From Myxococcales bacterium (GTDB lineage: Bacteria; Myxococcota; Myxococcia; Myxococcales; UBA5297), in contig JAVBMV010000010.1 in the NCBI GenBank assembly GCA_031552145.1, positions 48,027 through 112,026 of the forward strand: 64,000 nt of DNA. The letters are read 5' to 3'. The translations under genes were made by a program, and so were the position numbers. Below are positions 36,291-44,995 of this stretch, piece by piece (the stretch's first letter is position 1; every line of letters begins with the position of its first letter). The notes below the pieces were generated by a model that saw only the letters and a list, made by a program, of their open reading frames with translations, had not been told where the DNA came from and searched no databases.

Positions 36291-36971
36291 CTAGTCACCC
36301 AGCTCCTTGCGCGCGCGCTTCTTGTCGCCCTGGCGCCGCTTCGCCTCGACCCTATGGCGCCGCTGCGCCTTGCTCGGCGCTGTGGCCTTTCGCGCTCTCT
36401 TCACGACCAGCATCGCCTCGAGCTTCTCGCGCAATCTCTCGAGCGCGACCTGCCGGTTCTCATATTGCGAGCGGCGCTCTGTCGCCTTGATCGCGAGGCC
36501 TGTCGGCCTATGGGTGAGGCGCACGCCGCTCTCGGTCTTGTTCCGGTGCTGCCCACCGGGCCCGCTCGCGATGAGCGTCTCGACGTCACACTCGGCGAGG
36601 AGCTTGCGATCATCGAGCGAGGCAGCGCGCTCGGCGATGCGAATCGAGACGAGGCGCCGCACCAGCGCCTCGGAGAGAGGTTTCTCGGGCGCAAAGCGAA
36701 TGGTTCCCTTCGCCAACTCGAAGCCCTTCAGCTCCGACGCGAGCAACTCTATCGGCCGCGCACCTGGATAGAGGGCGCAGTGGCGGGCGCCGGCGCCGAA
36801 GGAGATGACCAGCCGCCCCTCGAGACGAAAACCGGGGACGCCGTAGCTCATGCACTCCTCGGCCGCCGGGAGCAGAGCGCGTATGTAGTGCCTCACTCGC
36901 TCCAGCGCCTCGCGCTTCTCCGCGTCGAGCGTGCCCAGAAATTCGTCGATGGTGTTGGGCTTACCTTGCAT
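36291..36971 (-). CDS. DUF1801 domain fused to a GGQ peptidyl-tRNA hydrolase (ArfB/RF-1-like) domain
   Basis: TIDEFL..EECMSYGVPGF..KGTIRF, then SGPGGQHRNKTES..ERRSQYENR and a basic tail; AGGAG RBS. Confidence 0.85.
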   Translation of the reverse strand: MQGKPNTIDEFLGTLDAEKREALERVRHYIRALLPAAEECMSYGVPGFRLEGRLVISFGAGARHCALYPGARPIELLASELKGFELAKGTIRFAPEKPLSEALVRRLVSIRIAERAASLDDRKLLAECDVETLIASGPGGQHRNKTESGVRLTHRPTGLAIKATERRSQYENRQVALERLREKLEAMLVVKRARKATAPSKAQRRHRVEAKRRQGDKKRARKELGD

Positions 36972-37028
36972 GACACTCCTGTTGAGGTGCAACGAGCAGC
37001 ACCAACGCGATGAGCAGATTCGTCGCGC

Positions 37029-38392
37029 TCACAGCCCCGCTTCGTAGCTGGCGAGGCTCGCCGGAACGAACGAGAGCTTCACCGTTCCCATCTGCAGCTC
37101 TTTCGACACCGTGCGCGTGTAGACCGTGGCCTCTGCAAGCCCCTGCGCCTCGCAGAAGTCGACGATGCGCGTCAGCCCCTCCTCGGGCCGTTTCTCGATG
37201 CGATCGGACCACTTGATCTCCGCCACCCGCGCGGGACTGCCGACGGCGTCGAGCGCGATGAGATCGATCTCTTCGCCCTCTCCCCATCGCCCGTAATGGA
37301 GCGCCGCGCGCGGCTCATGGAGCCATTGCGAGAAGAGCGCTGTCTCCACCATCGATCCGAACCGGTCATCCTCGGCGGCAAGCGGCGAGAAGAGCGCGCT
37401 GCGCATCGAAGGGTTGGTCAGATAGGTCTTGAAGGTCGTGGCTCGTTGGAATCGTTTCGCTGAACGATCGACGCGATGGACGATTCGGATCAGGAAAGCA
37501 GCCTCGAGGTATTCGAGGTAGCGCTTGAGCGTGTTCTTCGCGACCGTCGAGCGCTTCGAGAGCTCGTCCAGCGAAACCTCCCCCGCCGTATGTAGGCAAG
37601 GGTCGTGAAGAGCTGGTTGAGCTCTGGTACATCCTGGATCCCGTAGAGGCTGGGCAAGTCTCGCAGCAGTACCTTCTCCACGATGTCCGAGCGGATGAAG
37701 CGCTGGGGGTCGGCGCGAATCGCTGGCGAGAGCGCCACCTCTGGATAGCCACCCCAGTTGACATAATCAACGAACTCCCGATTCAACGCGACGATGTCAT
37801 GCTGAGGATCCTCGACCTTTTGCCCGATAAGCGTCAGGTACTCTCGAAAGATCAGGGGCGGCAGCAAGAAGTCCGTGAACCGGCCAGCGCCCGATTCTGA
37901 GCTGGCCCTCCTGAGCGCCGCTGCGGCAGAGACCGAGGCGACGAACCGGGCGCGCGGATAGGCGTCGACCAGCGATTTAAGGTGGCGCTCCCATCCACTC
38001 AGGTACTGGATCTCATCAAAAAAGACGTAGATCTCCTCCTTCGAGAGTTCGACATCCGTAGCCTCCGCGAAGAAGCGCAGATATTCATCGAGACGAAGGC
38101 CACTGAAGAGCGGGCTGTCCACAGAAGCGAAGAGGATCTGCCTAGCCGGAACCCCTTCGGCCAGCAGCCTCTGAATCGCGTGCTGGATGAGCACGGTCTT
38201 CCCGACGCGCCTGGGCCCCATCAGGACCAGCGCGCGGTGGACTTCTTTCATCCGGAGCAGTGCGAAGAAGGGCTCCAGATAGAGGCGGGGTGTGAGCGGG
38301 ACGACCTCTCCCGCTGGCGAGTGGGGGGGGAGCCACCAGGGGTTCGAGAGCCTCCGATGGCCAATGATCTCTTCTCTGCCAATCTCTCTCAT
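37029..38392 (-). pseudogene. AAA_14/DUF4143-type ATP-binding protein, frameshifted near 37590
   Basis: NPWW, GPRRVGKT, FDEIQ, GGYPE in one frame; LKRYLEYLE..YLTNP..EIDL..EIKW continue in another frame. Confidence 0.8.
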
Positions 38393-38488
38393 CGAAACCC
38401 CAAGGTCAGTCGATTGACCTTGACGTATCAACAGAACCAGCCAGCGTCAATCGATTGATCTTCTGCCGAGATTGTTATCCTTGGCGCC

Positions 38489-39196
38489 CTACAGCGCTGC
38501 CGCAATGGCCCTTGCCGCCGCGATGGGATCCGAGGCCTGGAGAATCGGCCGGCCGATCACGAGCAGGTCGGAGCCGGCGGCGATCGCGGCGGCGGGCGTC
38601 TCTGCCCGAGCCTGATCGTTCATCGCGGCGCCCGCGGGGCGGATGCCGGGCGTAACCAGCAACATCCCCGGCCCCACCGCGCTCCTCACCGCGGCCACCT
38701 CTTTCGGCGAGCAGACGATGCCGTGCGCACCCGCCTCCTTTGCCAGGCGCGCAAGCCTCTCGACCACCTGGGCGGCGCTGCCGCAAAAACCAATTTCCTC
38801 GATCGCCTGGGCATCGAGGCTGGTGAGCGCGGTGACGGCCAACGCTCTCGGCGCCGGCGCGCCGATGGAGGCCGCCCCTTCGGCCAGCCCCTTCACCGCG
38901 GCGGCGAGCATCGCCTTGCCTCCGGAGGCGTGCAAGGTCACCAGATCGACTCCTAGCTTGCCCACATTGCGCGCGGCCAGTTCCACTGTGTTGGGGATGT
39001 CGTGCAGCTTCAGGTCGAGGAAGATTCGAGCGCCCCTCGCCTTCAGCTCGCGCACGATGGCCGGGCCCTCCGAACAGAAGAGCGAGAGCCCAATCTTCAG
39101 GAAACCCACCTCGCCCGCCAGCGCGCCACCCAGCCTCACCGCCTCGCTCGGCTCCAGATCCAGCGCGAGCGCAATCTTCTTTGCACCATTCGCCAT
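38489..39196 (-). CDS. pyrF: Orotidine-5'-phosphate decarboxylase
   Basis: LALD, KIG, DLKLHDIPNTV, TPGIRP, GRPI. Confidence 0.96.
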   Translation of the reverse strand: MANGAKKIALALDLEPSEAVRLGGALAGEVGFLKIGLSLFCSEGPAIVRELKARGARIFLDLKLHDIPNTVELAARNVGKLGVDLVTLHASGGKAMLAAAVKGLAEGAASIGAPAPRALAVTALTSLDAQAIEEIGFCGSAAQVVERLARLAKEAGAHGIVCSPKEVAAVRSAVGPGMLLVTPGIRPAGAAMNDQARAETPAAAIAAGSDLLVIGRPILQASDPIAAARAIAAAL

Positions 39197-39232
39197 CTTT
39201 GCTGCTCCTGTCCGTAAAAGTTGGACGACCAA

Positions 39233-40141
39233 TTAACTGATGGGCGGAAAGAGCACCGCCATCACACCGGGGAAATAGAGCACCTCGGCCGCGCCCAGCG
39301 AGAGGAAAGGGCCAAAGGGGACAGCCGTCGGATCTGGCGTCCAATCGTCCTCCTCCTCTGCCTGGGGGTTCGACTTGACCTTTTCCTTTGGCAGCGTCGC
39401 CGCCGGAGCTGCCGCGGCGCGCTTCTCGCGCCGCCTCTTCATGAAAATCAATGCACCGCCAATGAGCGAGCCCTGGACCGAGGCGAAGAGCAGCGTCGGC
39501 AAGAGCGCCAGCGGACCGAGGAAGGCGCCGATCATCGCGAACAGCCAGGGATCGCCTCTCCCCATCGCCTCCTTGCGCATCACCTTCTCGCCGATGAACC
39601 CCACCAGTGCCAGCACCGAATAGCCGAGCGCCGCGGCAAAGGCATGGAGACCCAAGTGCCTCCACCCCTCTCCCAGGAGCGCCTCCGCGCCCGCCAGCGC
39701 GAGACCCAGCACGATACCGCTGACAGTCAGCGAGCGAGGCAGAAGCCAGGTGTCCAGATCCATTGCAGTGAGCGGAACGAGCAGACCCATCATCAAGATC
39801 TCTCGCGCCGCGGGGAGCGAGAGACCGTGACGCCACACCGCGAAGGCACAGACGGCGCCGAAGGCGAGCTCGATAAGCGCATACCTGACCGAGAAGCGGG
39901 CGCCGCAGTTCGCGCAACGCCCTCTCAGGATGAGCCAGGAGAGAATGGGGATGTTGTGATAGGGGGCAATCGGTTTCTTGCAGCTGAAACAGTGTGACGG
40001 CGGACGGATGATAGACTTCCCGTGCGGCACGCGCGCGATCACCACGTTGAGGAAGCTCCCGACCAGCGCGCCGAAGATAAAGGCGCAGGTCACGAGGAAC
40101 CAGCTCGGCAGAGCTGCAAGGGAGTAGCTGTTTTCGGGCAC
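39233..40141 (-). CDS. pilD: Prepilin peptidase/N-methyltransferase
   Basis: GSFLNV, two CxxC pairs, NIPILSW..LRGRC, MGRGD, PFGPFL. Confidence 0.94.
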   Translation of the reverse strand: MPENSYSLAALPSWFLVTCAFIFGALVGSFLNVVIARVPHGKSIIRPPSHCFSCKKPIAPYHNIPILSWLILRGRCANCGARFSVRYALIELAFGAVCAFAVWRHGLSLPAAREILMMGLLVPLTAMDLDTWLLPRSLTVSGIVLGLALAGAEALLGEGWRHLGLHAFAAALGYSVLALVGFIGEKVMRKEAMGRGDPWLFAMIGAFLGPLALLPTLLFASVQGSLIGGALIFMKRRREKRAAAAPAATLPKEKVKSNPQAEEEDDWTPDPTAVPFGPFLSLGAAEVLYFPGVMAVLFPPIS

Positions 40142-40342
40142 GACACGCTCCTTTGGGAGGTGCCCTTATATCGAGCGAGCTGTAGAGAAGAAAACAGTCT
40201 CTTCCGAGCGCGGAGCCTCGAGCGTTCACATCGCACCATTTGTTCGCCTGACCCAAACAAGTGTGGCAGTTTTCCACCCCGACGTGACGCCCCAGGGAGA
40301 GAGCCTCCGGGCGCCTGCGACTCGATGAGTCGAGAGGAGAAG

Positions 40343-41338
40343 ATGCCAGAACTGCGGAAGGATCCCGTCGTCGGACGCTGGGTGATCATCGCTGCCGAGC
40401 GCGCGCAGCGCCCCAGCGATTTTCTGAGAGCCTCTTCCCCACGTGTGGAGAGCTTCTGTCCCTTCTGCCCGGGCAACGAGAGCGCAACCCCCCGCGAGGT
40501 GCTCGCGCATCGACAGGGGGGCGTGGGCAATGGACCCGGATGGACTCTGCGAGTGGTCCCGAACAGCTACCCCGCCCTGCGGATCGAGGGCTCGCTGGTG
40601 CGTGAGGGCGAGGGGCTCTTCGATCGCATGAGCGGCATCGGGGCGCACGAGGTGATCATCGAGAGCCCAAGACACGACCGCACGCTCGCCGATTTCTCCG
40701 ACCAGGAGCTTGCCGAGCTGCTGGGCGCCTGGAGAGAGCGCATCGTCGACCTGCGGCGCGACTCCCGCTTTCGAACCATCAGCATCTTCAAGAACCATGG
40801 CGAGGCGGCGGGGGCGACGCTCTCGCACCCACACAGTCAGCTCATCGCGTTGCCGATCGTGCCGCTGCGTCTTCGCGAGGAGCTCGAGGGCTGCCTGCGC
40901 CACTACAGCGACCGCGAGCGCTGCATCTACTGCGACATCATGCGTCAGGAGCGGCGCGACCGCGTCCGCGTGGTCTACGAGAGCGAGCAGGCGCTGGTGC
41001 TCGCGCCTTGGGCCTCGCGTAGCCCTTTCGAGACCTGGATTCTACCCAAGACACACGCCTCCAACTTCGAAGATGCCTCGCCCGGAGACCTCCTCGGGAC
41101 AGCCCGTGCGCTGCGCGCGGTACTCCGAAAGCTCGACGCGGCGCTCGAGCGGCCTGCCTTCAATTTCATGCTCCATACCGCTCCTCTTCAGGAACGCGGC
41201 CTCCCTCACTACCACTGGCACATCGAGATCCTCCCTTCCCTCACCAAGGCCGCCGGTTTCGAATGGGGAACAGGATTCCACATCAACCCGACCCCTCCAG
41301 AAGAGGCGGCCGAGTTCCTGCGCCGACTGGACCCCTGA
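40343..41338 (+). CDS. galT: Galactose-1-phosphate uridylyltransferase (GalT family)
   Basis: ELRKDP, CPFCPGNE, HEVIIE, SHPHSQ, YHWHIE. Confidence 0.92.
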   Translation: MPELRKDPVVGRWVIIAAERAQRPSDFLRASSPRVESFCPFCPGNESATPREVLAHRQGGVGNGPGWTLRVVPNSYPALRIEGSLVREGEGLFDRMSGIGAHEVIIESPRHDRTLADFSDQELAELLGAWRERIVDLRRDSRFRTISIFKNHGEAAGATLSHPHSQLIALPIVPLRLREELEGCLRHYSDRERCIYCDIMRQERRDRVRVVYESEQALVLAPWASRSPFETWILPKTHASNFEDASPGDLLGTARALRAVLRKLDAALERPAFNFMLHTAPLQERGLPHYHWHIEILPSLTKAAGFEWGTGFHINPTPPEEAAEFLRRLDP

Positions 41339-41340
41339 AG

Positions 41341-42936
41341 ATGGGCACCCGCCTTCGCGACTACCCCTCCACGGCGACCATCGTCTTGGAAAAGCTGACT
41401 CTCACGCTCTCGGAATCGGCGCTCACGGTCGGCGAGTGCCTGGCCCGAAGCGCCACCGAGCCCGACGGCACCTCCCACATGCTGCTCGAGCCACTCTCCG
41501 AGATGGCCGAGCGCGAGCTGGAGCGAATCTTAGAGCTGCCCGGCGTCGCCCGTGCCTGCGCCGCCCTCGCGGGCGAGGGCGAGCCCGCGATCCGCGTCAT
41601 CGAGAGCCCCGGGGAAACGACGCTCGAGAGAGCGCTGCGCGCCGAGGCGCCGCTCCCCCACATCGCGCTGCGGCTCATCGACTCTCTCGCGCGGCTGCTC
41701 GACGCCCTCCACTCCAGCGGACTTGGCCTCTCCACCCTCGACCCCGCGCTCTTCACGCTGACGCCGGAGGCAACGGCGCGGTTCGAGCACCCACATCTGT
41801 TGCTGAGCTCCGCGGGGATGGAACAGCGACAGGTTCCGCCCGAGTCGCGCACGGAGTTCATGGAGGCGCTGCGCCAAGAGAACAGGCGCGCGCTCTCGAC
41901 GTTCGCGTGGCGGCTCTATGCGGGACAGCCGCTGCCGGCGAGCGGCAAGCTCCCTCCGCTGCGCCTCTTCAACCCTACCCTGCCCCACGGAATCGAGACC
42001 CTCCTCCTCGCGGGCATGAGCGAGGCGTGGCCCTTCGCCGACTGTTCGACCTGGGCGCGCGAGTTGCAGCGATGCGCGACGGGAAGTGGCAGCGCCCCAA
42101 CCTCGCTCGCCGCGGCCGGCGCCACCGAGATTGGGCGTCAGAAGCGGCTCCGCATCGCGGAGAACCAGGACGCCTTCTTCGTGGGAGTCGACCCGCGCTC
42201 CTCCCGCGCGCTGCTCCTCGTCGCCGACGGCATCTCGACGGCCGATGTAGGCACTGGCGCCTATCCCGCGCAGTGCCTCCAAGATGCGGCCGCCATCGCC
42301 TGGGGCGAGCCCGTGGGAGGCGCCATCCGCTCCTTCCGGGGCGCGCTCCCGAAGCACTTCGCCTCGCAAGTGCTGGACTCCATCTTCGACGCGGGCCAGG
42401 CGCAGGTCTTCGCCTGGCTGAAGCAACCCTCGTTCCTGGGCCAGATCACCCCCGAGACACACCTGCCCGGCTCGACGGTGACGGCCGCGATGCTCGATGG
42501 CGATCGCGTTACTTTGGGGCACATCGGCGACAGCCGCGCCTACTTGTTGCGCGACGGGGTTCTGGAGCAGGTGAGCGTCGACCACGATCTCCAGAACACG
42601 CTCTTCAAGGCGGGGATCGACTCCGCCCACCGCTCCGAGTCCGCGCTCAAGGCGCTCACCCGAAGCATCGGCCACTTTCCTATCGACGACGAAGGCATCC
42701 TCTCCTACGTGAAGCCGGAGGCCGAACACCTCACCTTCACGCTCAACGCCGGAGATCGCCTGCTCCTCTGCTCCGATGGTCTGCCTGACTGTTTTGGCGA
42801 CCGCGAACTCGAGCTGCTGACCGCGCTGCTCGGCGAGGGCGATGAGCCTGCCGAGATCGCCAGCAGGCTCTGCCGAACGGCGGATGAACTGCTCGGGGGC
42901 GACAACATCACCGCCATCGTGATGCTCGCCAGATGA
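41341..42936 (+). CDS. PP2C-family phosphatase with N-terminal degenerate kinase-like region
   Basis: NQDAF, VADG, HIGDSRAY, CSDGL, DNIT; N-terminal LHSSG..LDP segment. Confidence 0.85.
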   Translation: MGTRLRDYPSTATIVLEKLTLTLSESALTVGECLARSATEPDGTSHMLLEPLSEMAERELERILELPGVARACAALAGEGEPAIRVIESPGETTLERALRAEAPLPHIALRLIDSLARLLDALHSSGLGLSTLDPALFTLTPEATARFEHPHLLLSSAGMEQRQVPPESRTEFMEALRQENRRALSTFAWRLYAGQPLPASGKLPPLRLFNPTLPHGIETLLLAGMSEAWPFADCSTWARELQRCATGSGSAPTSLAAAGATEIGRQKRLRIAENQDAFFVGVDPRSSRALLLVADGISTADVGTGAYPAQCLQDAAAIAWGEPVGGAIRSFRGALPKHFASQVLDSIFDAGQAQVFAWLKQPSFLGQITPETHLPGSTVTAAMLDGDRVTLGHIGDSRAYLLRDGVLEQVSVDHDLQNTLFKAGIDSAHRSESALKALTRSIGHFPIDDEGILSYVKPEAEHLTFTLNAGDRLLLCSDGLPDCFGDRELELLTALLGEGDEPAEIASRLCRTADELLGGDNITAIVMLAR

Positions 42937-43436
42937 CCGCCGCGCGCCCGCTCATCACGCTTGCCAGCGCGCTCGTCACCGCGGCGTCAGGGGCCCTCTG
43001 CCTTGCCTGCGGGGGACACGGGATCAGCGCCCGAGTGCTCTCGAGCGACGCACAGCCCGTCGCGCGCGTCACGCGCATCGACGTCACAAGCTTTACGGCG
43101 CGCCATCTCTCCCTGGTGCTCTCCATGGAACTCGAGAACCCTGGCGACGGCCTCTCGCTGGGCAGCGCCAGTTATGAGCTCTTCGTGGAGGGCACCTCGC
43201 TGGGTCGCGGCACCATGGCCTATCCGGGCGAGGTCGCCGCGCGAGCCAACACCCCCTGCGAGCTCCACATCTCGCTCTCGTATCACGCGCTCCCCGGGCG
43301 CTTGCGGACGAAGCTACTTCAGGGCGAGGCGCTCCAAGTGGCCATTCGTGGAGAGCTCTCCCCCACGGCGCCTACCCTCTCTCACCGCGCGCTCTCCTTC
43401 GCGGGAGAGCTCATGGCGGTGGGTACTTCACCTTGA
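42933..43436 (+). CDS. LEA_2/WHy-like putative lipoprotein
   Basis: Hydrophobic N-terminus with LAC; ENP..YEL..G pattern. Confidence 0.6.
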   Translation: MTAARPLITLASALVTAASGALCLACGGHGISARVLSSDAQPVARVTRIDVTSFTARHLSLVLSMELENPGDGLSLGSASYELFVEGTSLGRGTMAYPGEVAARANTPCELHISLSYHALPGRLRTKLLQGEALQVAIRGELSPTAPTLSHRALSFAGELMAVGTSP

Positions 43437-43461
43437 GCGCGAGTCGATAGAGACTGGACCC

Positions 43462-43998
43462 ATGAAGCTCTCCGCAACAACCATCATCGCCTTCCCGCGC
43501 GACCGAGTCTTCACGACATGGCGCGACAACCTGCCCAGCGTCGTTCCACACCTTCCGAGCATTCGCTCCGTCGAGGTGCTCGAACGAGCCGAGGAGTCGG
43601 CCGGCGCGCGCGTGCAGATGCTCAATCTCTGGACCGCGAAGCTGGAGCTGCCCGCCATCGTCGCGAAGCTCTTGAACACCAAAGCGCTCTCCTGGACCGA
43701 TCGCGCCGAGTGGCGCCAACTCCAAGACGAGCGCCTCTGCACCTGGCGGATCGAGCTCTGCAACCACCCGGGTCTCCTGAGTGCCTCCGGCGAGACGCGC
43801 TTCCTGGCGCGCGAGCAGCGGACCGAGGTCGTGCTCCTCGGCGACCTGGCGCTCGACCTCGCCAGAGCGTCGGCTCCCCGCATCCTGGCCGTGGCCGCGA
43901 AGCCCGCAATCGAGGGCGTGATCGCGAGCGCCCTCGCTCCCAACCTCCTCCAGGCGGCGAAGGGCGTCGAGGCCTATCTTTCGTCGCGTTCTGGATAG
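43462..43998 (+). CDS. SRPBCC/START-like hypothetical protein
   Basis: PRDRVF, LSWTDRAEW and a helix-grip-like pattern. Confidence 0.65.
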   Translation: MKLSATTIIAFPRDRVFTTWRDNLPSVVPHLPSIRSVEVLERAEESAGARVQMLNLWTAKLELPAIVAKLLNTKALSWTDRAEWRQLQDERLCTWRIELCNHPGLLSASGETRFLAREQRTEVVLLGDLALDLARASAPRILAVAAKPAIEGVIASALAPNLLQAAKGVEAYLSSRSG

Positions 43999-44124
43999 CG
44001 CACGCCCCCAGCGCATTCGCGGGTGGCGAGCCCTATTCAGCGGCGCAAGTGATGGCGCATCGATCATCAATCCGCGACACCGCGGACGCCCATCGGGTGC
44101 CCACCGATCGAACGAAGGAGCGAC

Positions 44125-44400
44125 ATGCGCAGCTTCGCACTGATCACGTTGTTGACTCTCGCGGGAGGTTCCACCATGGCTCATGCAGCCGAGACGACCC
44201 AGACCATCAAGGTCTCTGGATGGCACTGTGGAGGCTGCTCGGCCTCCACCGAGCAGGCGCTCAAGAAGCTCGAGGGCGTCAAGTCGGTAACGAGCGACTT
44301 CGAGAAGGGGACCGCCTCGGTCACCTTCGACGACTCCAGGATCAAGCTCTCCGATCTGGAGCGAGCCATCACCGAGTCGGGATACAAGGTAAAGCGCTGA
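44125..44400 (+). CDS. Exported heavy-metal-associated (HMA, MerP/CopZ-like) protein
   Basis: Signal peptide ending AHA; GWHCGGC; ESGY. Confidence 0.88.
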   Translation: MRSFALITLLTLAGGSTMAHAAETTQTIKVSGWHCGGCSASTEQALKKLEGVKSVTSDFEKGTASVTFDDSRIKLSDLERAITESGYKVKR

Positions 44401-44403
44401 GCG

Positions 44404-44437
44404 CTCGCCGCGCGCGCCTCGTTGCGCGCGCGGCGAG
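44404..44437. terminator. 14-bp perfect hairpin between convergent genes
   Basis: CTCGCCGCGCGCGC-CTCGTT-GCGCGCGCGGCGAG. Confidence 0.7.
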
Positions 44438-44458
44438 GGCCCGCGAGCAGCGGTGCCC

Positions 44459-44860
44459 TTAGCCCACCTTTACCGAGATGCTCCTGGCCTTTGCGCTCTC
44501 GCGCTTGGGGATGTTGATGGTCAAAACACCATTGACCATCTTCGCATCGATCTGCGTGGAGTCCGCGTCCTGGGGCACGTGGAAAAGGCGCTCGAAGGCT
44601 CCGTAGCCGCGCTCCTGCCGCGTGTAGGCGACGTTCTCATCCAGCTTCCGCTCGCCCTTGATCGTCAGGTGTTGCCCCTCGACGACCAGCTCGATTTCCT
44701 TCTCGGTCAGGCCGGGTAGATCGAGCCGCAGCGTATATCCGAGCTCATGCTCGTGAATGTCGGTCGCTGGAGTGAAAGAAGCACGTCCCCATGCGGCGGA
44801 TCGCTCGGAGAACAGCGGGAACATCATCGTGTCGAACAGCGGGTGTCTCGTCATCAACAT
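44459..44860 (-). CDS. Hsp20 small heat-shock protein
   Basis: DLPG, LTIKGER, ERGYGAFER, NGVLTINIPK. Confidence 0.95.
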   Translation of the reverse strand: MLMTRHPLFDTMMFPLFSERSAAWGRASFTPATDIHEHELGYTLRLDLPGLTEKEIELVVEGQHLTIKGERKLDENVAYTRQERGYGAFERLFHVPQDADSTQIDAKMVNGVLTINIPKRESAKARSISVKVG

Positions 44861-44916
44861 GGCTCTTTCTCCCTCTCGCCGCCGGAGCGGCGGCGTGAAT
44901 TCTCGTTGGCGAGCGG

Positions 44917-44944
44917 AACCTAAGAGCCTCGGCGTTTCTGTCAA
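44917..44944 (-). promoter_or_regulatory. Putative hsp20 promoter
   Basis: TTGACA-N16-TAGGTT. Confidence 0.6.
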
Positions 44945-44995
44945 ATCGCTCCATGTACGAAACGGGGTGACGCATTCGGGGGAAGCGCGGCGCGC

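Noticed and set aside
38475-42788. Long alternative-frame ORFs (600 and 692 aa)
   Set aside because: Arg/Ala/Pro-rich off-frame overlaps of pyrF/pilD and galT/PP2C.
43999-44124. Intergenic stretch with small hairpins as a possible tRNA or ncRNA
   Set aside because: No cloverleaf, T-loop or recognisable riboswitch core.
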